From positions 1-64,000 of IMG/VR virus record IMGVR_UViG_3300020200_000015: 64,000 nucleotides of DNA; one strand, written 5' to 3'. The position numbers and the translations under genes are program-made. This document shows, in pieces, positions 15,852-25,936 of this stretch (its first letter is position 1; every line of letters begins with the position of its first letter). The DNA is from a virus. Under the pieces are notes generated by a model. That model worked only from the letters and a program-made list of their open reading frames with translations, was not told the origin of the DNA and did no database searches.

Positions 15852-17991
15852 GGGTAAGTTTTATCTCGCTGTGGTTGTCGTGACGCTCGATTACGATTGA
15901 GCTGTCAATGACATCCTGAATTTCATCTGTGTGGCTAACAACAAATACCTGCTCAAACGACCTTGACAGATAAGAAAGGATCTTGACCACTTCTTCTCTG
16001 TTAGGACCATCGAGTGCACCAAGCACTTCATCAAGAAACAAGCTTTGCATCTTGATGCCATGCAGTGCACTGATCACTTTTGAAAGCGAAAGTCGCAGTG
16101 CGATATTGATGAGAGCCTTCTCACCACCACTGTAACTTTCAAACTGCTTCTCAGAGCCGTTATCGAATACAATGATGTCGAGAGACTCGCGTTGGTCGCC
16201 AGCCTTCGTCTCCTTAGTAGTCCTAAGTGAGAGTACGAAGCGAGTCTGCATCTGCTTGAGAATATCATTGGCGAACGTTTCAACGACGCCAATAGCATTC
16301 TCAATCATGATAGCTTGAATGCCGTTGCGGCCAAAGATATCACAAAGCACTTCATAAGTTGACAAAACCGATTCAGCCTGCCGCTGCGCTTCCAGCGCAA
16401 CTTCATAGTCAGCAGCCTGCCGCTTTGCATCTTGCAGAGTCTTGACTAGCTTGACATCCTCAGTCGTGTACTTCTCAACATCACGCCTGATAACGTCACA
16501 TCGCCTCTGAATGCCAACAGTCAGCATACTGTATGCGCGATCACGCAAATCGCACACAGCGTTCCGATAACGGATGACTAGATCCTGATCTACACGCGCC
16601 TCAATCTCATTCTGCCTCTGGCACAACTCGTTCCTCTGGTCAGTCAGAGTTTCGATCTGTGAATCAATCAACTTCAACGACTTACGAACATCTACAATTG
16701 ACTCTTTCGTAGCCTTGATGTTCTCAAGAGTAGGGGGCACAGTCTGAATCTGCGAGAGTCGATCCTTAACTTGCGACAACGCCTTGTCAATCTCAGACTT
16801 AACTTTCCTACATTGGTCAAGGTCAGTAGCTAGCTTGGCGATACGCTCTGCCGCTTTGTCGGCGCATGACTTGATATGCTCCTTCGGCACGACCTGATAG
16901 CATGTTGGGCAAGTCTCGCCTGCACCGACGCCAACCTTCACTTCATTGAGCTGATTTATCTCTGCCTGGATTGAGTAAATCAACTTAGTCACACGACTAA
17001 GATTACTCTCGTGATCTTCGATGCTGATTTTGCATGTGTTGATTTCAGATTGAACATCAACGTTCTTGTAAGGTTCGATCTTTGATTCATCAGAACCCAA
17101 CATCTGATTCAACTGATTGATGCGTGATGTTGCACGCTGCGATTCAACTTGCTTTTCAGCAATCAAGCTATTCGTCTTCTGAATCGCTCGATAGACGATA
17201 CTAACGTTGTTGAGATCTTCCTGAATAGTATTCAGGAACTCTTTGTAGCGAGCTTCGAGATCATGGGCATCGAGTGTGTTCTCGTCCCGCAACTTGGCGT
17301 AAGCGTCCTGCAACTGACGCGCAGTCGCTAGATTGCCCGAGGCTGCAAGCTCTTGCTCTACAATAGATTGATATGGCAGCAGTGCGTTAAGCCGAGATCC
17401 TAAAGCCTCGGCAGCGCCTTTTGCTTTAACTGCATCTTTCTCTCTGAGCACCTTGTGCTTCTTAGTAACCTCAAGACACTTGGTGATAGCATCAAGCTTG
17501 AACACCTTGCCAAGTGCATTCTTCCGATCAGTGGGATTCGCCTCAGCAAAACTGAAGTGATCACCCTGCTTGAAGAAATAGATGCTATCAAACAGCTCAA
17601 TGTCGATACCAATCAGATTCTGAATGGTATCGTTGACGACTTTGATCTTATCGCCAATGAGCTTCTGGTCAATGTAGAGGGCTGCACCGCCGCCGCCATC
17701 AAGATTACGGCTACGCTGAACGCGAACAAGCTTGCCGCCAATATCGCAGGTCAGCTCAACGAATGACGACTCAGCGCCAGACTTGATTACGCCATGCTTG
17801 GACCTACTGCGCGTCTGATCATAGAGCGCATAGCGAATAGATTCCAAGAATGCCGTCTTGCCAGCACCGTTGCTGCGGCGGCGATCAGTGACAAACTGGC
17901 CAACGATGCTGGCCAGCTTGACACTTGATAAATCGATATCTACCTCATCGTAGATGAGGAAGTTCTTGAGCTTCAATTTCAACAACAGCAT
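15838..17991 (-). CDS. sbcC: SbcC/Rad50 (gp46-like) ATPase
   Basis: NGAGKT Walker A, Q-loop KQG, coiled coil with CPTC zinc hook, YSGGE, LFLDE and VSH. Confidence 0.95.
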   Translation of the reverse strand: MLLLKLKLKNFLIYDEVDIDLSSVKLASIVGQFVTDRRRSNGAGKTAFLESIRYALYDQTRSRSKHGVIKSGAESSFVELTCDIGGKLVRVQRSRNLDGGGGAALYIDQKLIGDKIKVVNDTIQNLIGIDIELFDSIYFFKQGDHFSFAEANPTDRKNALGKVFKLDAITKCLEVTKKHKVLREKDAVKAKGAAEALGSRLNALLPYQSIVEQELAASGNLATARQLQDAYAKLRDENTLDAHDLEARYKEFLNTIQEDLNNVSIVYRAIQKTNSLIAEKQVESQRATSRINQLNQMLGSDESKIEPYKNVDVQSEINTCKISIEDHESNLSRVTKLIYSIQAEINQLNEVKVGVGAGETCPTCYQVVPKEHIKSCADKAAERIAKLATDLDQCRKVKSEIDKALSQVKDRLSQIQTVPPTLENIKATKESIVDVRKSLKLIDSQIETLTDQRNELCQRQNEIEARVDQDLVIRYRNAVCDLRDRAYSMLTVGIQRRCDVIRRDVEKYTTEDVKLVKTLQDAKRQAADYEVALEAQRQAESVLSTYEVLCDIFGRNGIQAIMIENAIGVVETFANDILKQMQTRFVLSLRTTKETKAGDQRESLDIIVFDNGSEKQFESYSGGEKALINIALRLSLSKVISALHGIKMQSLFLDEVLGALDGPNREEVVKILSYLSRSFEQVFVVSHTDEIQDVIDSSIVIERHDNHSEIKLTHDRR

Positions 17992-18004
17992 TAGACGCTC
18001 TCAT

Positions 18005-18481
18005 TTAAGAGATCTTCTTCTTGCTGAACAAGAATGATTCGTCGATGCTACGAGTAGCATCGGCGTCCTCTGTCAAGCTGTCACTAATCTCGTTGCCGAA
18101 GAACCAGACTTCGATATTCGGGCAGTGACCAGTCATCACGAGGTAGTCGATGATAGCACCGACTGCATCGTTCTTAGTCACAAGGACGAGAACGTCAACG
18201 CTACGTGCCATCGAGATCATCGATTGCACGAACGTGTCGAGTACATTCTCTGGCGAACCGGCAAACTTCGGCACTAGCCCAACCGACTTGACAAGAGTCA
18301 AGAAGGTGCCTTGGTTATTCGGATTGCCGAAAAGACAAGCAACAGCGCTCACAATCTCTCGACCGCTGCCGATTTCTCGCATCAGCTTGTCGTAGCAGAC
18401 AGTGCCGCCAATGTTTGACTTCGATGAGTGGAACAACTCGTGGGCGTTGATGATAACGCCGACCTTCTGCATTATTGACAT
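18005..18481 (-). CDS. degenerate NYN/LabA-like domain protein
   Basis: VGVIIN, YDKL, DVLVLV and S..L...AD....ID pattern, but the catalytic Asp residues are missing. Confidence 0.5.
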   Translation of the reverse strand: MSIMQKVGVIINAHELFHSSKSNIGGTVCYDKLMREIGSGREIVSAVACLFGNPNNQGTFLTLVKSVGLVPKFAGSPENVLDTFVQSMISMARSVDVLVLVTKNDAVGAIIDYLVMTGHCPNIEVWFFGNEISDSLTEDADATRSIDESFLFSKKKIS

Positions 18482-18508
18482 GACTAACCTTTGCCTACTT
18501 ACCAGATC

Positions 18509-19117
18509 TCAAGCGATCTTACCGTAGTTGAAAACTGTCTCCAAACTCTTGGGCAAGACCTTATCGTCAAGGTTGCTGATTGAAGACAGAAGTTGCTCTT
18601 TACCGTGGCGAAGCAACCACATTGCGTAAGCTGTCACTCCGATTGCAATGGAGTCAGCCTTGTTATCATCGACAAATACCTCATTTGGATTATTCATCAC
18701 GCCAGTCTTTGTGAGCGCCTTATTAATGTGCACCAGATAAGCGGTGTCTTTCTTCAGATTACCCTTACCAGTGATGTACTTTTTCCAAGTAGTCACTGGC
18801 ACTGCCGCGTAATTGGTGCCTGTAATGTAGCCATTAGCGCTGTTAAATGCAACGTAGTCTAAAAAACCAGCAAGTTCTTGTAGCTGGCTAGCGGCACCAT
18901 ACTGGATTTGGTGGTGCATTTCTCTCGCAAGCAGATCCGCTTGGCGCGACTCGACAAGTTCCTCAACCTCTCGCAACCAGTTCATTATGCGGTAGATGCC
19001 AGTACCCCTAACTTTGATTGAGTCGCACTCAATTAGATTCAGCCTACCTGAATCATCAGTGTCGAAGACAGAGTATGCTGTAGCTGTGACGCTCTGATCA
19101 AGTGCCAAAACTTTCAC
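18509..19117 (-). CDS. RuvC-like Holliday junction resolvase
   Basis: VLALDQS..ATAY, ARE, TWKKYITGKGN..K and DNKADS. Confidence 0.85.
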   Translation of the reverse strand: MKVLALDQSVTATAYSVFDTDDSGRLNLIECDSIKVRGTGIYRIMNWLREVEELVESRQADLLAREMHHQIQYGAASQLQELAGFLDYVAFNSANGYITGTNYAAVPVTTWKKYITGKGNLKKDTAYLVHINKALTKTGVMNNPNEVFVDDNKADSIAIGVTAYAMWLLRHGKEQLLSSISNLDDKVLPKSLETVFNYGKIA

Positions 19118-20186
19118 TGATGATCATCCTCCCAATTCTACGCAGCCTGTTGGTGTCGTCGCCGTAATTCCTGAGCGCCAGGTACTTCTCAAAATTACTC
19201 TCGATACCTGAATCAAGTTTGATATCAGGACTACGCTTGATCTCTTCCCTTACGATATCGACATTGATGGATGCAATCGAATGAGCGCCTGCATCCATAA
19301 TAGTTTTGCGAATCGACTCTTCGTCAAACTTGCTTGACTGCGCTTCGCTCATCTTGATATTGACTTTAACGATAGCATCAACGATATCCACGACATTGTG
19401 AATATCAGTGCCTTTGCCAGTCGTCCAATCGATGTCAATCTGATGCATGTTGCGCGAGTTGATTGCAGCGCACTTCATCGTCCTGTCGTGCGTGTCAACT
19501 AGAACAACACCCTTCACGTCGTTGCGCTCATTGAAATCTACAGGACTGATACTGCCAGGGTAGAACGCAAGCGGGCTTTTGGATAGGATCTGCGGTTTGT
19601 GAAAGTGACCAGCGAAAACAAAGTCAACTGGCAAGTCCTTGAACTTGGTTGCCTTGTCATCTTTGATCTCAAATGGCTCGCAGCCGACAACGGCACCTTC
19701 AAGATGCGAGTGGCAGACTAGCGCAACGCGCATAGTGTCTGTCCTCAAGTCTTGAATCTGAGGCTCTTCTGCATGGTAGGGGAAGAAGCAGACCTTGAGA
19801 TTGTCAAAGTCTTCCCACACCGTTTGGTCATAGATCTTCACGTACAACCAATCTTGAACAACATCCATGAAGATTTTGAGCGCATGACTGGCTCCAATCT
19901 TCAATGTGTAGTCGTGGTTGCCGATGATAAACCTTGACTTGATCTTGCTATCTTCCAGCCTACGCAGGACGCGGTAGAAGATCCGCTGATCCTCAATCGT
20001 CGGCTTGCAAGTGTGGAAGATGTCGCCAGCGCAGATGTAGAGGTCAACCGACTCTTCGATTGCTACATCGATTGAGCGCTGCAATGCGCGCTCGAAGTCC
20101 ACTAGCCTGCTATTGCGATTGTCGGCATCAATCACTCCAAAGCTTGTGACGCCAATGTGCCAATCGCCAGTGACTAACACCTTCAT
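19098..20186 (-). CDS. sbcD: SbcD/Mre11 (gp47-like) metallophosphoesterase nuclease
   Basis: GDWHIG, GDIFH, GNHD, GHFH and YPGS. Confidence 0.95.
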   Translation of the reverse strand: MKVLVTGDWHIGVTSFGVIDADNRNSRLVDFERALQRSIDVAIEESVDLYICAGDIFHTCKPTIEDQRIFYRVLRRLEDSKIKSRFIIGNHDYTLKIGASHALKIFMDVVQDWLYVKIYDQTVWEDFDNLKVCFFPYHAEEPQIQDLRTDTMRVALVCHSHLEGAVVGCEPFEIKDDKATKFKDLPVDFVFAGHFHKPQILSKSPLAFYPGSISPVDFNERNDVKGVVLVDTHDRTMKCAAINSRNMHQIDIDWTTGKGTDIHNVVDIVDAIVKVNIKMSEAQSSKFDEESIRKTIMDAGAHSIASINVDIVREEIKRSPDIKLDSGIESNFEKYLALRNYGDDTNRLRRIGRMIISESFGT

Positions 20187-21307
20187 CTAGAGTCAAGCTG
20201 CTTGTTGATTACAATTGGGCCAGTGACAACCTTAGTAGCAACAGGCTCCGGCGCAGCCTTCAACTCTACCTGCTTGGCAGGAAGCGGCTTGCCTGCAACT
20301 GCATCAGTGAGCCTCTTGAGTAGAGCGCCATCAGCCTTGATGGAGTCTTCCAGGTCAGTTCGGCCCTTGTAGCTGTTGCCTTCAAACTTGACCCATGCAC
20401 CGCTCTTAATGACAACACCATTCTCGATTGCTGAATCGATCAGAGCGGCAATGACGTTAATGCCATTGGGGCCGATAATGAATTCAGCCCTACGCGCAAA
20501 AATTGGGAACAGCTTGCTCTTGACTGGAACAACTTGCGTTCTAATGCCAGCCTTCTCACCATTCTCTTCGTAGTAGCCGATACGGTTAACCTTCAAGCGA
20601 AGCGAACAGAAAAACTTGAGAGCGCGACCGCCGGGCGTCGTAGTAGTCGGCCCATACATCACTCCGATGTTGTCGCGCTCTTGATTGATAAACACGACGG
20701 TTGCACCACTCTTAGCAAGCTTGCTGAGCAAAGGAGGCAACGCTTGTGACAGCATTCGTGCCGTCATGCCCATTGCAGTAGATGACTCGAGGCCGTCCTT
20801 TTTGTCATCTTCGTAGACTTCGTAAGCCTGCTTCGGCACGAGGGCTGGCACGCTGTCGATAACGATCAGCGTCTTGATCTTCTTGCCAAACTTAGCGCTA
20901 GCTTCGATAGTCGAATCGCAAATAGCACGCGCCGTCTCAAGAGCTTGTTCGCCGTAGTCAGGCTGGCTAAACAAAAGACTCTTGATATCAACTCCGATAC
21001 GGCTGGCGTAATCGACATCGAGCGCGTGCTCGGCATCGATGAAGTACGTCATGTACCCAAGCTGCTGAGCATTCTTAATGAACGTCAGGGTCAGCGTAGT
21101 CTTGCCGCTGGCCTCAGGCCCAAAAATTTCAATGATGCGGCCCTCAGGCAACCCGCCGCACAACACATCGTCGATGTTCGAGACACCGCTAGGGATGGCA
21201 TCGAACTTCTGGACGCGGTTGTGCAGCGTGTAGATTACCTCAGGTCGCTTGAGCCTCGAGGAGAGATCACCGAAAATAAAATCGTAGATTTCTTGGTCGA
21301 GGCCCAT
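20183..21307 (-). CDS. recA: RecA/UvsX recombinase
   Basis: GGLPEGRIIEIFGPEASGKTT, FIDAEHALD, SQPDYGEQALE, IDSV, FINQ.R and TPGGRALKF. Confidence 0.97.
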   Translation of the reverse strand: MGLDQEIYDFIFGDLSSRLKRPEVIYTLHNRVQKFDAIPSGVSNIDDVLCGGLPEGRIIEIFGPEASGKTTLTLTFIKNAQQLGYMTYFIDAEHALDVDYASRIGVDIKSLLFSQPDYGEQALETARAICDSTIEASAKFGKKIKTLIVIDSVPALVPKQAYEVYEDDKKDGLESSTAMGMTARMLSQALPPLLSKLAKSGATVVFINQERDNIGVMYGPTTTTPGGRALKFFCSLRLKVNRIGYYEENGEKAGIRTQVVPVKSKLFPIFARRAEFIIGPNGINVIAALIDSAIENGVVIKSGAWVKFEGNSYKGRTDLEDSIKADGALLKRLTDAVAGKPLPAKQVELKAAPEPVATKVVTGPIVINKQLDSR

Positions 21308-21312
21308 AGCAA

Positions 21313-22338
21313 TCAGCTCTTGGCCGGGTGGACGAACACCTTGCCGCAACTGTGACACTGAATGTCACGCCCGTCCTCCATGCTGATGATCATGTCAGCA
21401 CCACAGCTATCGCAGGGCACTGAGATGTCAACAGCCGGGTCCGTAGCACGCGGCGCAGTAGACTGGTACGTCGCTTGGGCAGGCTTGATCTGCAACTTAG
21501 CGACCGCTGGCGCGGGTGCCGGTGCCTGTGCAGGCTGCATACGCTGCTGCGGCTGCATACGGGGCGGCTGGGCTGGCGGCGGCGCAACAGCCGGCGCACG
21601 CTGCTGCATCTGCACGGGGCCAGCGGCACGCGGGGCGTTGATGTTAGCGGCAGGCTTCGTCTCCTGCTTGACGCTAGCACCGCCCAAGATGAAATCGGCT
21701 GCAACCTGCCGCTCCGACATCGGGCTAATGCGCGCAATGTCCTCAAGAGGCCACTGCTTGTACGCAAGCTCTTCAGGCGTCAGCGCATCGGTGATGCCGG
21801 TGAACTGCGCGCCGTACTGCGTCTGCATACCCGTGCCAACCTTGGTCAGCATGATGTCAAACGTATTCGGGTCATGCGATTGGCCGGTCGCCTTACGCAT
21901 ACGAACCACGTTGCCGATGTTCTTGAAGAGCTGCGAACCAATGCTAAAGCCCTTCGGCGTTTGCGTCAAGATGCTGCAAACACGCGACTGCGAGTGCTGC
22001 GACTTACCAATCGGACTACGGTCCAGAACATTGAAGAAGAACTTTTCCTTCGCACGGATATCCTTGGCAAGCTGCTGCTGAACCGGGTCGTCGCCCACAG
22101 CAAGCTGCTGAGCGGCGCGGCAGATGGGGCAATCACTCTCTGGCCCCTCGCATATGTACGGTCTTGCACCGCTCGGCATGTTCACGAAGTGCTCCCACGC
22201 CGATGTGAAATTGCCGATGAGGCGAACAACAACACCCTGCGTGACTACGAGCTTCGGAATATCGCCGAACTCAAGCCCGCTATTGGCAGCAATGGCTTCT
22301 TGCCGCTGCTCGAAACGATCCATATCCATCTGGCCCAT
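21313..22338 (-). CDS. gp32-like single-stranded DNA-binding protein with Pro/Ala/Gln linker and C-terminal zinc ribbon
   Basis: EH.V...C.....CPIC, FFFNVLDR and DI.LTK.G.G..T.Y; lies directly upstream of recA. Confidence 0.75.
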   Translation of the reverse strand: MGQMDMDRFEQRQEAIAANSGLEFGDIPKLVVTQGVVVRLIGNFTSAWEHFVNMPSGARPYICEGPESDCPICRAAQQLAVGDDPVQQQLAKDIRAKEKFFFNVLDRSPIGKSQHSQSRVCSILTQTPKGFSIGSQLFKNIGNVVRMRKATGQSHDPNTFDIMLTKVGTGMQTQYGAQFTGITDALTPEELAYKQWPLEDIARISPMSERQVAADFILGGASVKQETKPAANINAPRAAGPVQMQQRAPAVAPPPAQPPRMQPQQRMQPAQAPAPAPAVAKLQIKPAQATYQSTAPRATDPAVDISVPCDSCGADMIISMEDGRDIQCHSCGKVFVHPAKS

Positions 22339-22358
22339 GTCTGGTAGTACCTTCGACT

Positions 22359-22979
22359 CTAAGAGTCTAACGCTTGGTGACTTTGGCCGTCGCCTTGGCC
22401 CCGCATCGCTTGATGCAGAATAGCCTTGGCGGCTTGTGTCTTACCATGAGGACTCATCCGATCCTGCAATGGCACTCCTGCTGCAAAGAACAATTCGCTC
22501 CGCATGTTACCGCAGAGCGTTTGAAGCATGTTGGCTTGCTTCTCTAGTACCTTTACGAATCCCTTAAGCGTATCAACACGGCTTTTTTGAGTCTCAATTC
22601 CGAAAAGACGGGTTTGCTTCTCTTCGCCGTGCAGCTGAGCCAGCCGTGCCTCAACCGTAGCTTGTGCTGGCGCTCTACCGGCACCGGCAGCTTCTTCGCG
22701 CAGCACTCTGAAAACCTTGTTGAAGTTCTCATTGTGCCACTGCTCATAGTCGTGAGTCATCACGTTGAGCTTATTCGTCTCGATCTCTTGAATCGTGATC
22801 GCCCAAGCGAAGTGCTGGGAAAATTGCGTCAGTGATACATTGATCATCTCTGGATCAAGCTCACCTTGATCATTTGTGATCTGAAGGATCTTGATGATCT
22901 CGTTGTACTTGTTACGTGCCCATTGCTCAAAGCTGAGGTTTGGGTCATCATCCTTTGCAACTAGCTTAATATGGTTCAT
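22359..22979 (-). CDS. helical protein, possible UvsY-like recombination mediator
   Basis: Coiled-coil character and position before SSB and recA; inference only. Confidence 0.4.
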   Translation of the reverse strand: MNHIKLVAKDDDPNLSFEQWARNKYNEIIKILQITNDQGELDPEMINVSLTQFSQHFAWAITIQEIETNKLNVMTHDYEQWHNENFNKVFRVLREEAAGAGRAPAQATVEARLAQLHGEEKQTRLFGIETQKSRVDTLKGFVKVLEKQANMLQTLCGNMRSELFFAAGVPLQDRMSPHGKTQAAKAILHQAMRGQGDGQSHQALDS

Positions 22980-25138
22980 CTGTTTTCCCTCAGAACAACA
23001 ACATCTGTCATGGCATAGCTACCCTTTTCAGTCCTGCGACCGAAGGCTTGGATAACGCTACCGACCTTGACGCGATGCTTAGACTTAGGCCAATCGCTCG
23101 GCCAAACAATCACATCCATCTCACCATCAGCAGTTAGCAGCGAGACGAATGCCATCATACCGCTCTTAGCCTGGTGCTCCTTGACCCTAGATACCATGCC
23201 GCCAACCATGGCACATGTAGGTTGTTTCGCCGACTCTGGCGTAATGCATTTCGCAAGCTGCTCTTTGAAATGAGCAAGCGGATTATGCACCAGGTAGAAA
23301 CCAAGCACATCTTTCTCTTTAGTGGCAAGCTCTCCGAGAGTTACCTCATCGTGCACGCTCGACTTGCACAGGTGCTTGGCAATGCTAGCTCTATCGCCGA
23401 AGCAATCGAGCGCGCCGCCAAACACGAGGCCGCTGATCTGGTTGGCGTTTAGCTTCACTCGACCAATGAATTCGTACTCATCAGAATACGGACGACGCTC
23501 AATAATCTGCTTGGACTTGCTGCCAACATGCTTGATGCACTCAAGCCCCATACGGATAGCGCCATCTTCGATCGAATAGCTCTCGGCGCTCTTGTTGACA
23601 TCTGGCTGAAGAATCTTAATGCCAAGCCGATCACACTCTTTGATGTAGATCTCTTTGCTCTTGGTTTGCAATGCGCTGCACATGAATTGCAGCGGGTAAT
23701 GCTGCTTCATGAACATGTCAGCGTATGCAATGTAGCCATAGCATACAGCGTGACTCTTGTTGAAGATGTACTTCTGGCAGGCAAGGATCTTATCCCACAG
23801 AGCCTCGACTGCCATCTCCTCAAAGCCCTTGGCAATGCAGCCAGCCTTGAAGTCATCGTACACTTCTGACAGACCCTTATTGCTGCTGTTCGCAGTCTTG
23901 GCGATGATCTTTCTCACCTTGTCAGACTTGGCCATGCTAAAGCCTGCAATGTCAACGCAAATTCGCATGACCTGCTCTTGGTAGAGAATGACGCCGTGCG
24001 TGTCCGATAGGATAGGCTCAAGCTCCGGCACAATGTAGCGCGCACTACCCTCATTGCGGGCAGTGATAAACTGGCTCACATCAAGTCCAGGGCGAATTAG
24101 AGCGTTGACAGCAGCAACATCACGAAATTGAATATCACTCAGACTCTGCAGAATGCTAACCGACTTAAGCTCTTCAAACTGAAAGACTGCAACGGTTTCG
24201 CCTCGTTCGAATCCCTTGAGCGTATCCTTGTCGTCAAGTGGCAAGTTGTAGAAATCAATCTCGCTGCCAACCATCTTGATTGCGCGGCTGATGATTGAAA
24301 GATTATCGACAGTCAAGATGTCAAGCTTGACATAGCCAAGGCTATCAAGCTCTTCACCATCCCATCCGGTAGCTAGCTGTCCGGTTACGGCAGCTTCGCC
24401 GGGTGGTCGCTGCATAGGTATCTCAGCGCCCATAGGGCCACGAGACAAAATCACAGCGCTTGGGTGGGTCGTTAGCTGGCGAACAAAACCTTGCAGAGAC
24501 CTGGCGTAGAGGAAGAGTTCTGGGTACTTGTCCTCGTAATCCTTCAACGATGGCGACTCTTCAAACGCCTCATCGAATGTCTTAGCGTCTCCGATCAGCT
24601 TGGTGATTACCTTCACCTCGTTGAACTCGAGCTGATACACCTGCGACAGCTCATCAATCGCACTCCTCGGCTTGTAGATCGATGGCACGCCAACCTTGGC
24701 AATGCGATTGAGACCGTACTTGCCACGCAAGTAATCAATCACCGCATCACGGTCGCTAAAGTCAGTGTCAATATCTGGCAAGCTGATGCGCTCTGGATTC
24801 AAGAAGCGCTCGAAGATCAACCCAAACTTCAACGGATCGATCGTCGTAATGCCTGACAAGAAGACAACTAGGCTACCGGCAGCCGAGCCTCTACCTGGGC
24901 CAACTACGATCGCATTCAGCTTCGCCCAACGAATGTAGTCGGCGATGATCAGAATTACGCTCGAGTACCCACTGTTATTAAATACCTTGATTTCGTGCTC
25001 AAGACGCCGATAGTATTCAATCGGCGGAGCGAAGTACTTGCCCGACTTGATATAGCTCTGCAGATTCTCTCTGCAGAGATTGTAGAGACGCTGATTATCA
25101 GTTACGGCAACGGTGCCTGCTTCGTTGTCCCTAGACAT
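22976..25138 (-). CDS. dnaE: DNA polymerase III alpha, catalytic part (palm, thumb, fingers, HhH, OB); lacks the PHP domain
   Basis: VGPGRGSAAGSLV, FERFLNPERISLPDIDTDF, K.DIL, VFQFE, LYQEQVM, FNKSHA..Y and PDVN.S. Confidence 0.96.
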   Translation of the reverse strand: MSRDNEAGTVAVTDNQRLYNLCRENLQSYIKSGKYFAPPIEYYRRLEHEIKVFNNSGYSSVILIIADYIRWAKLNAIVVGPGRGSAAGSLVVFLSGITTIDPLKFGLIFERFLNPERISLPDIDTDFSDRDAVIDYLRGKYGLNRIAKVGVPSIYKPRSAIDELSQVYQLEFNEVKVITKLIGDAKTFDEAFEESPSLKDYEDKYPELFLYARSLQGFVRQLTTHPSAVILSRGPMGAEIPMQRPPGEAAVTGQLATGWDGEELDSLGYVKLDILTVDNLSIISRAIKMVGSEIDFYNLPLDDKDTLKGFERGETVAVFQFEELKSVSILQSLSDIQFRDVAAVNALIRPGLDVSQFITARNEGSARYIVPELEPILSDTHGVILYQEQVMRICVDIAGFSMAKSDKVRKIIAKTANSSNKGLSEVYDDFKAGCIAKGFEEMAVEALWDKILACQKYIFNKSHAVCYGYIAYADMFMKQHYPLQFMCSALQTKSKEIYIKECDRLGIKILQPDVNKSAESYSIEDGAIRMGLECIKHVGSKSKQIIERRPYSDEYEFIGRVKLNANQISGLVFGGALDCFGDRASIAKHLCKSSVHDEVTLGELATKEKDVLGFYLVHNPLAHFKEQLAKCITPESAKQPTCAMVGGMVSRVKEHQAKSGMMAFVSLLTADGEMDVIVWPSDWPKSKHRVKVGSVIQAFGRRTEKGSYAMTDVVVLRENR

Positions 25139-25686
25139 GCAGAGTACTTACCCGATTCGCCGTCGTAGATGAACAAACCTGCGGCAACACATTGCGTGAG
25201 CACCTCATAGATTACAAGCAGATCATTCGGCTTGAGGGATGAAATGGTATTGAGTTCTTGGACGAGTCCAGCGATAGTCATGTCATCTTTGCTAGCAACT
25301 GCATCATAGATGACATAGCTCATCGAGCCACTTCTGTACGGGTTGCCTGTGCGCTTGAACTCGTGTGCCCAACGCCAAGGCAGCGAGCTTTTGATGTAGT
25401 CGGGAAGCTCGACATCATCAATCTCTTTCTTCTCGATCGCTACGTTCTTAGGAATCGACCTAACGGCGTCAAAATGCTCTCGCTCTTTCGCAGATACGAA
25501 AGAGGAGATGTCAAGCTTACCGACAGGCTCTGGCTCAGGCTGCTTGACATCACGCTCAAAGTCAACCGAGTAAACGATGTGGCACTTCTTGCAGACAGCC
25601 TCATCTTTGCCTTGGTAGAAAACGCTAGCAGTCGAATCGCAAGCTGAGCAGTCGCCTACAACGTCACCAATCTTAAGGTGTTCCAT
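25102..25686 (-). CDS. zinc-ribbon plus winged-helix-like hypothetical protein
   Basis: CSAC...CKKC; NPYRSGS..Y.I. Confidence 0.55.
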   Translation of the reverse strand: MEHLKIGDVVGDCSACDSTASVFYQGKDEAVCKKCHIVYSVDFERDVKQPEPEPVGKLDISSFVSAKEREHFDAVRSIPKNVAIEKKEIDDVELPDYIKSSLPWRWAHEFKRTGNPYRSGSMSYVIYDAVASKDDMTIAGLVQELNTISSLKPNDLLVIYEVLTQCVAAGLFIYDGESGKYSACLGTTKQAPLP

Positions 25687-25936
25687 CGTTCAGATAGTCG
25701 ATAAGCGGGCTGATCTTCCCTTCTTCATTCTTGGCAGCAGTCTTCTTGCTACGCTCAAGAGCTACCAAGTCAATGCTTCCAAACGACACGCCGCCTTTTG
25801 AGCTGGCAGCTACCGCAAGGTTTGACTTGCCCTCAGCAATGCTGAGGAGCTTGTCGCCAACATTCGTAGTCTGCTTACGTGAGACGACCTTGATTGGGTC
25901 GCGCACGTTTTTGTCGTCTTCGAATAGCCCGGTCAC
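25673..25936 (-). CDS. hypothetical protein (GTG start overlapping the clamp stop)
   Basis: GTGA overlap at 25933-25936. Confidence 0.55.
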   Translation of the reverse strand: MTGLFEDDKNVRDPIKVVSRKQTTNVGDKLLSIAEGKSNLAVAASSKGGVSFGSIDLVALERSKKTAAKNEEGKISPLIDYLNDGTP

